Part shown: piece by piece, positions 60,587 through 64,000 of the stretch | Numbering within the stretch: position 1 is the stretch's first letter | How the letters are laid out: every line of letters begins with the position of its first letter | Assembly: GCA_965247095.1 (NCBI GenBank) | Contig: OZ251997.1 | Coordinates: 4,000,001 to 4,064,000, forward strand | Origin: Candidatus Multivorans sp. | GTDB lineage: Bacteria > Acidobacteriota > Thermoanaerobaculia > Multivoradales > Multivoraceae | Direction: 5' to 3' | Length of the DNA: 64,000 bases | Position numbers and translations under genes: made by a program | The notes under the pieces: generated by a model | Databases searched by the model: none | What the model was told of the DNA's origin: nothing | The model's input: only the letters and a program-made list of their open reading frames with translations

Positions 60587-62892
60587 GGGCCCTTACCCTG
60601 GGGGACCGTGCCCGGGCCGCAGCGGGAGTCGCGGCGGGGCTCTGGTTGATGCTGGCCGGCGGCGGCGTCGCCCGCGCCTCGGAAGTCCAGATCTGGCGGG
60701 CCGACAGCCAGGCCGCGTTTCTGGCGGGCGAGCTCGTGGACGTAAGCGTCGATCGGCTGGGGGTTCTGCGTCTGGCCCAGCGGGCCGAGCAGTTCGCCAC
60801 CGTCGCGGAGCCCTTCCTGTTCTCCTTCGTCGGAGCGGAGGGGCGCTTTGCCGCGGGTACCGGCAACTCGGGCAAGGTCCTGGAGGTCGAGATCGACGGG
60901 GATGCCGGTACGGTCACCGAACTGTTCGCCACCGAGGAACCCGAAGTGTTCGCGGTCTGGGTTGACGCCGACGGCGCCGTCTATGCCGGCTCGTCGCCGG
61001 ACGGCAAGGTCTACCGGAAGCGGCCCGAGGGCGAGGTCGAAGAGCTGTTCGATCCGGATGCGCAGTACATCTGGGCGCTCCTGGGCACCGGAGACGGCGG
61101 CCTGCTGGTGGCGACCGGTCCGGAGGGGAAGCTGCACCGGGTGGACCTCGCGAGCGGTGAATCGAAGTTGCTCTACGACAGCACGGATGTCCATATCCGT
61201 TCGCTGGCGCTGCGCCCGGACGGTACGGTGCTGGCCGGCACCGCGGGCGAGGGTCTGCTGCTCGAGATCGACGCGGAGGGCGAAGCCCGCACGCTCTACG
61301 ACGCCGCCGGACCCGAGGTGCTGGCGATCACGCCGGGCGAGGACGGCGCCTTCTACGCCTCCGCGCTGGCCTCCGAGGCGAGCTTCGTCGACCTGAGCAG
61401 CACGCGAAGCTCCCCGAGTGGCAGTTCGTCGGCAAGCAGATCGACGGGAAGCGCCGCCGCGGCCGGGGGTGACTCTTCGAGTTCGAACGGCAAGCAGAGC
61501 GGGGTCACGGTCCAGACGGGGGCGATCTCCGCGGGGAGCCGTGCCGCCTCCTTCAAGGGTCCGCGCTCCGAGGTGCTGCGGATCGACGCGACAGGCGCCG
61601 TCGAGTCGATCTGGAAGTTCGAGATGGAGACGGTGTACGCCCTGAGCTACCAGCAGGATCGGCTCTGGGTCGCCACCGGTCAGGAGGGCAAACTGTTCAG
61701 CTTCCAGAACGATCAGATGGTGCTCGAGAAGGACCTCGACCAGAGCCAGATCGTCGGCCTGGGGCGGGGCTCGGCCGGCCCCGTCTTCGCCAGCGTCAAT
61801 GCGGCAGCCGTCTACGGCTTCGTCGGCGGCGACAACGGCGGCCTGGCGCAGCAGGGAACGGTGACGGGCAAGCCGCTCGACGCGTCTTCCGTCTCGAGCT
61901 TCGGTTCGATCCGCTGGCGCGGGCGCGCGGGAGACGGCGCCCTCGTCGCGCTCTCCGCCCGCAGCGGGATGAGCTCGGACCCGGACGAGACGTGGTCGGA
62001 CTGGACCGAGGCTTCCGTAGCGCGGGAGGCGCCGCTTTCCGACCTGCCGCCGGGCCGCTACCTCCAGTGGCGGGCGGAACTCCACGGCAGCGGCGACCGT
62101 ACGCCCGAGGTCGTGGCGGTCGAGGTCACCTACCGGCAGCACAACCGCAAGCCCGAGATCAAGAAGCTGGAAGTGCTCCCGGCGGGGACGATCCTGGTGC
62201 CGACGAACTTCAACCCATCGAACCAGGCCTACGAGCCGGCGCACCCGAACCGCGACCGCATCTTCACCACCCTCGGCGATCCGGCCCAGACCAAGCAGGG
62301 CGCAACGAAGAGCCTGTGGAAGCTGGGATACCGGACGTTGCGCTGGGAGGCCGAGGACCCCAACAAGGACCGTCTCCGCTACCGGCTCTCCTTCGCCCGC
62401 GAGGCGGAACTCGCGGCCGGCGACGAAGACGCGGACGACTCCGATGCGCTGTGGCTCGAGATGGCGGATGACCTGAAGGCCGCCTTCTTCAGCTTCGACG
62501 CGACCGTGCTGCCGGACGGCGTCTACCGGTTTCAGGTCAGCGCCACCGACAGGCTCGACAACACCCCCGGCGAGGCGCTCGAGGCCGAGGAGGTGTCGGC
62601 CGCCGTGGTCGTCGACCACAGCCCGGCGCGACTGGTCGAGGCTTCGCGCGACGGCGGCCGCGTGACCGCCGTCGTCGAGGACGCCTGGAGCCCGCTGCGC
62701 GAGGCGGTGGTCAGCGTCGACGCCGGCGAGTGGCGCGCCGTCGGGGTCGAGGACGGTCTGCTCGACAGCCAGCGTGAGACGCTGGCGATCGATGCCGCCG
62801 AGGGCGCCCGGCTGTTGCTGCTGCGACTGACCGACGCGGCCCACAATGTGACCACCATCGACCTCTCAAGCCAACTCGGAAGCGGACAATGA
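60583..62892 (+). CDS. Secreted beta-propeller protein
   Basis: Signal peptide; repeated DG.(V/L).(A/V)GT..G blades; Ser-rich linker. Confidence 0.8.
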   Translation: MRALTLGDRARAAAGVAAGLWLMLAGGGVARASEVQIWRADSQAAFLAGELVDVSVDRLGVLRLAQRAEQFATVAEPFLFSFVGAEGRFAAGTGNSGKVLEVEIDGDAGTVTELFATEEPEVFAVWVDADGAVYAGSSPDGKVYRKRPEGEVEELFDPDAQYIWALLGTGDGGLLVATGPEGKLHRVDLASGESKLLYDSTDVHIRSLALRPDGTVLAGTAGEGLLLEIDAEGEARTLYDAAGPEVLAITPGEDGAFYASALASEASFVDLSSTRSSPSGSSSASRSTGSAAAAGGDSSSSNGKQSGVTVQTGAISAGSRAASFKGPRSEVLRIDATGAVESIWKFEMETVYALSYQQDRLWVATGQEGKLFSFQNDQMVLEKDLDQSQIVGLGRGSAGPVFASVNAAAVYGFVGGDNGGLAQQGTVTGKPLDASSVSSFGSIRWRGRAGDGALVALSARSGMSSDPDETWSDWTEASVAREAPLSDLPPGRYLQWRAELHGSGDRTPEVVAVEVTYRQHNRKPEIKKLEVLPAGTILVPTNFNPSNQAYEPAHPNRDRIFTTLGDPAQTKQGATKSLWKLGYRTLRWEAEDPNKDRLRYRLSFAREAELAAGDEDADDSDALWLEMADDLKAAFFSFDATVLPDGVYRFQVSATDRLDNTPGEALEAEEVSAAVVVDHSPARLVEASRDGGRVTAVVEDAWSPLREAVVSVDAGEWRAVGVEDGLLDSQRETLAIDAAEGARLLLLRLTDAAHNVTTIDLSSQLGSGQ

Positions 62893-63428
62893 GCCCACAC
62901 TCGCCTCGGCCGCCTGCCTCGGATGGTTCCAACTGTGTTCCTGGTGGCCGACGTAGAATCGGCGTCTTCCCCGGCTCCTTCGACCCGGTCCACAACGGCC
63001 ATCTCGATCTGATCGAGCGCGCCCGCCGGCTGTTCGACGTGCTCTACATCGCGGTGCTCTACAACGAGCAGAAGCAGGCGCTGTTCTCCGTCGAGGAGCG
63101 GATCGACCTCCTGCGCGAGCTGCTCGGCGAATCGGACGACTGCCCGGTCGAGAGCTTCAGCGGCCTGCTGGTCGACTACGCGCGCGAGAAGGGCGCCTGT
63201 GCCGTCGTCCGCGGCCTGCGCTCCGGCGCCGACTTCGACTACGAACTGCCGATGACGTTGATGAACCGCCGCTTGGCGTCCGACATGGACACCATCTTCC
63301 TGCTGCCGGCGCCGGAGTGGATCTTCCTCTCCAGCCGGCTGACCAAGGAGGTCCGTAGCCTCGACGGCGACATCTCGGGCGTCGTGCCGCCCGTGGTCCT
63401 GGAGGCGCTGCGGCGGAAACTGGGCTGA
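62889..63428 (+). CDS. coaD: Phosphopantetheine adenylyltransferase
   Basis: PGSFDPVHNGH, VRGLR..DFDYE, LSS. Confidence 0.97.
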   Translation: MSPHSPRPPASDGSNCVPGGRRRIGVFPGSFDPVHNGHLDLIERARRLFDVLYIAVLYNEQKQALFSVEERIDLLRELLGESDDCPVESFSGLLVDYAREKGACAVVRGLRSGADFDYELPMTLMNRRLASDMDTIFLLPAPEWIFLSSRLTKEVRSLDGDISGVVPPVVLEALRRKLG

Positions 63429-63504
63429 GGGTGGCAGCGGCCAAGGAAGTGTCTGCGCTGCAGACACCTGGGCGGCCGGGACCGGAAGGCGGCGCACCGA
63501 CCTC

Positions 63505-64000
63505 CTACTTCGGATGGCTCTCTCCGGTCGACGTCAGGATCTTTCCTGACAAGGGGTCGTACACCGCGATCACGTACGTGTGCTCGCGCCGGCGGAGCTG
63601 CAGGTCGGTCTGGTAGTAGAAGACTTGGCCGGGCTGCGGTCTTTCGGGCCCGGCGATCGGGACCTTCTCGTCCGACACCTCCGCGCGGTTACCGCTCAGG
63701 TCCATCGCCGCGACCCGAACTTCCAGCACGTTCAGCCACTCGCCGGCCACGGGCAGGAGCTGGACCTCGTCGAGCGGAATCGCCACTTCAAGGGACACCG
63801 ACATCTTGCCGCGTCCGGCACGAACCGGCTCACCGAGGCGCACGTCGAGCGGTCTGGCGTTGGGCGGATCGCCGAACAGCAGGGCGGCTTCGACCGTCAT
63901 GGCGACCTCGCGGTCGCGCGACATGTCCACGTAGCCTTCGCGCGTCCGTACTTCGAGATCGGTTCGGCCGACCGTTCGCACGACGATCTCGTGGAAGGCG
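63505..64000 (-). CDS. C-terminal part of a protein running off the window, resembling Acidobacterial VWA-domain proteins
   Basis: FHEIVVR...LEVRTREGY followed by a beta-rich tail. Confidence 0.55.
   Translation of the reverse strand, partial: AFHEIVVRTVGRTDLEVRTREGYVDMSRDREVAMTVEAALLFGDPPNARPLDVRLGEPVRAGRGKMSVSLEVAIPLDEVQLLPVAGEWLNVLEVRVAAMDLSGNRAEVSDEKVPIAGPERPQPGQVFYYQTDLQLRRREHTYVIAVYDPLSGKILTSTGESHPK

Overview
High-GC bacterial chromosome segment; gene content and order suggest Acidobacteriota (inference). 1-15.1 kb holds the 3' end of tuf and the S10-spc-alpha ribosomal superoperon, with rpsN and rpsD missing from their usual slots. 15.1-23.8 kb is an accessory hot spot between convergent rplQ and an EF-G paralog. 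It contains a duplicated, diverged 3' half of rplQ, four copies of a ~185-bp structured repeat with compensatory changes, a 70-bp twin-hairpin element, a secreted hypothetical protein, a HigBA-like toxin-antitoxin pair, an IS3, an HTH-ImmA/IrrE + PIN pair and a BsuBI/PstI-like methyltransferase whose endonuclease survives only as a stub. 23.8-64 kb is mostly housekeeping (M16 pair, lexA, amidase, gatCA, long GreA, rodZ, tRNA-Pro, nfeD/SPFH, lnt, frameshifted prfB, glycosyltransferases, fbaB, patatin, lipBA, ProDH/proC, recN, tsaC, S55 peptidase, coaD), interrupted by an IS110 and an ISNCY-like element. The most striking observation is at the IS110. Its upstream non-coding RNA appears to have two bridge-type guide loops sharing an identical 3' guide (ATGCAAG) that match three CT-core junctions nearby, which would give a target-regenerating tandem array of mini and full elements. 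All calls come from reading the sequence by eye; no database searches or folding programs were run.
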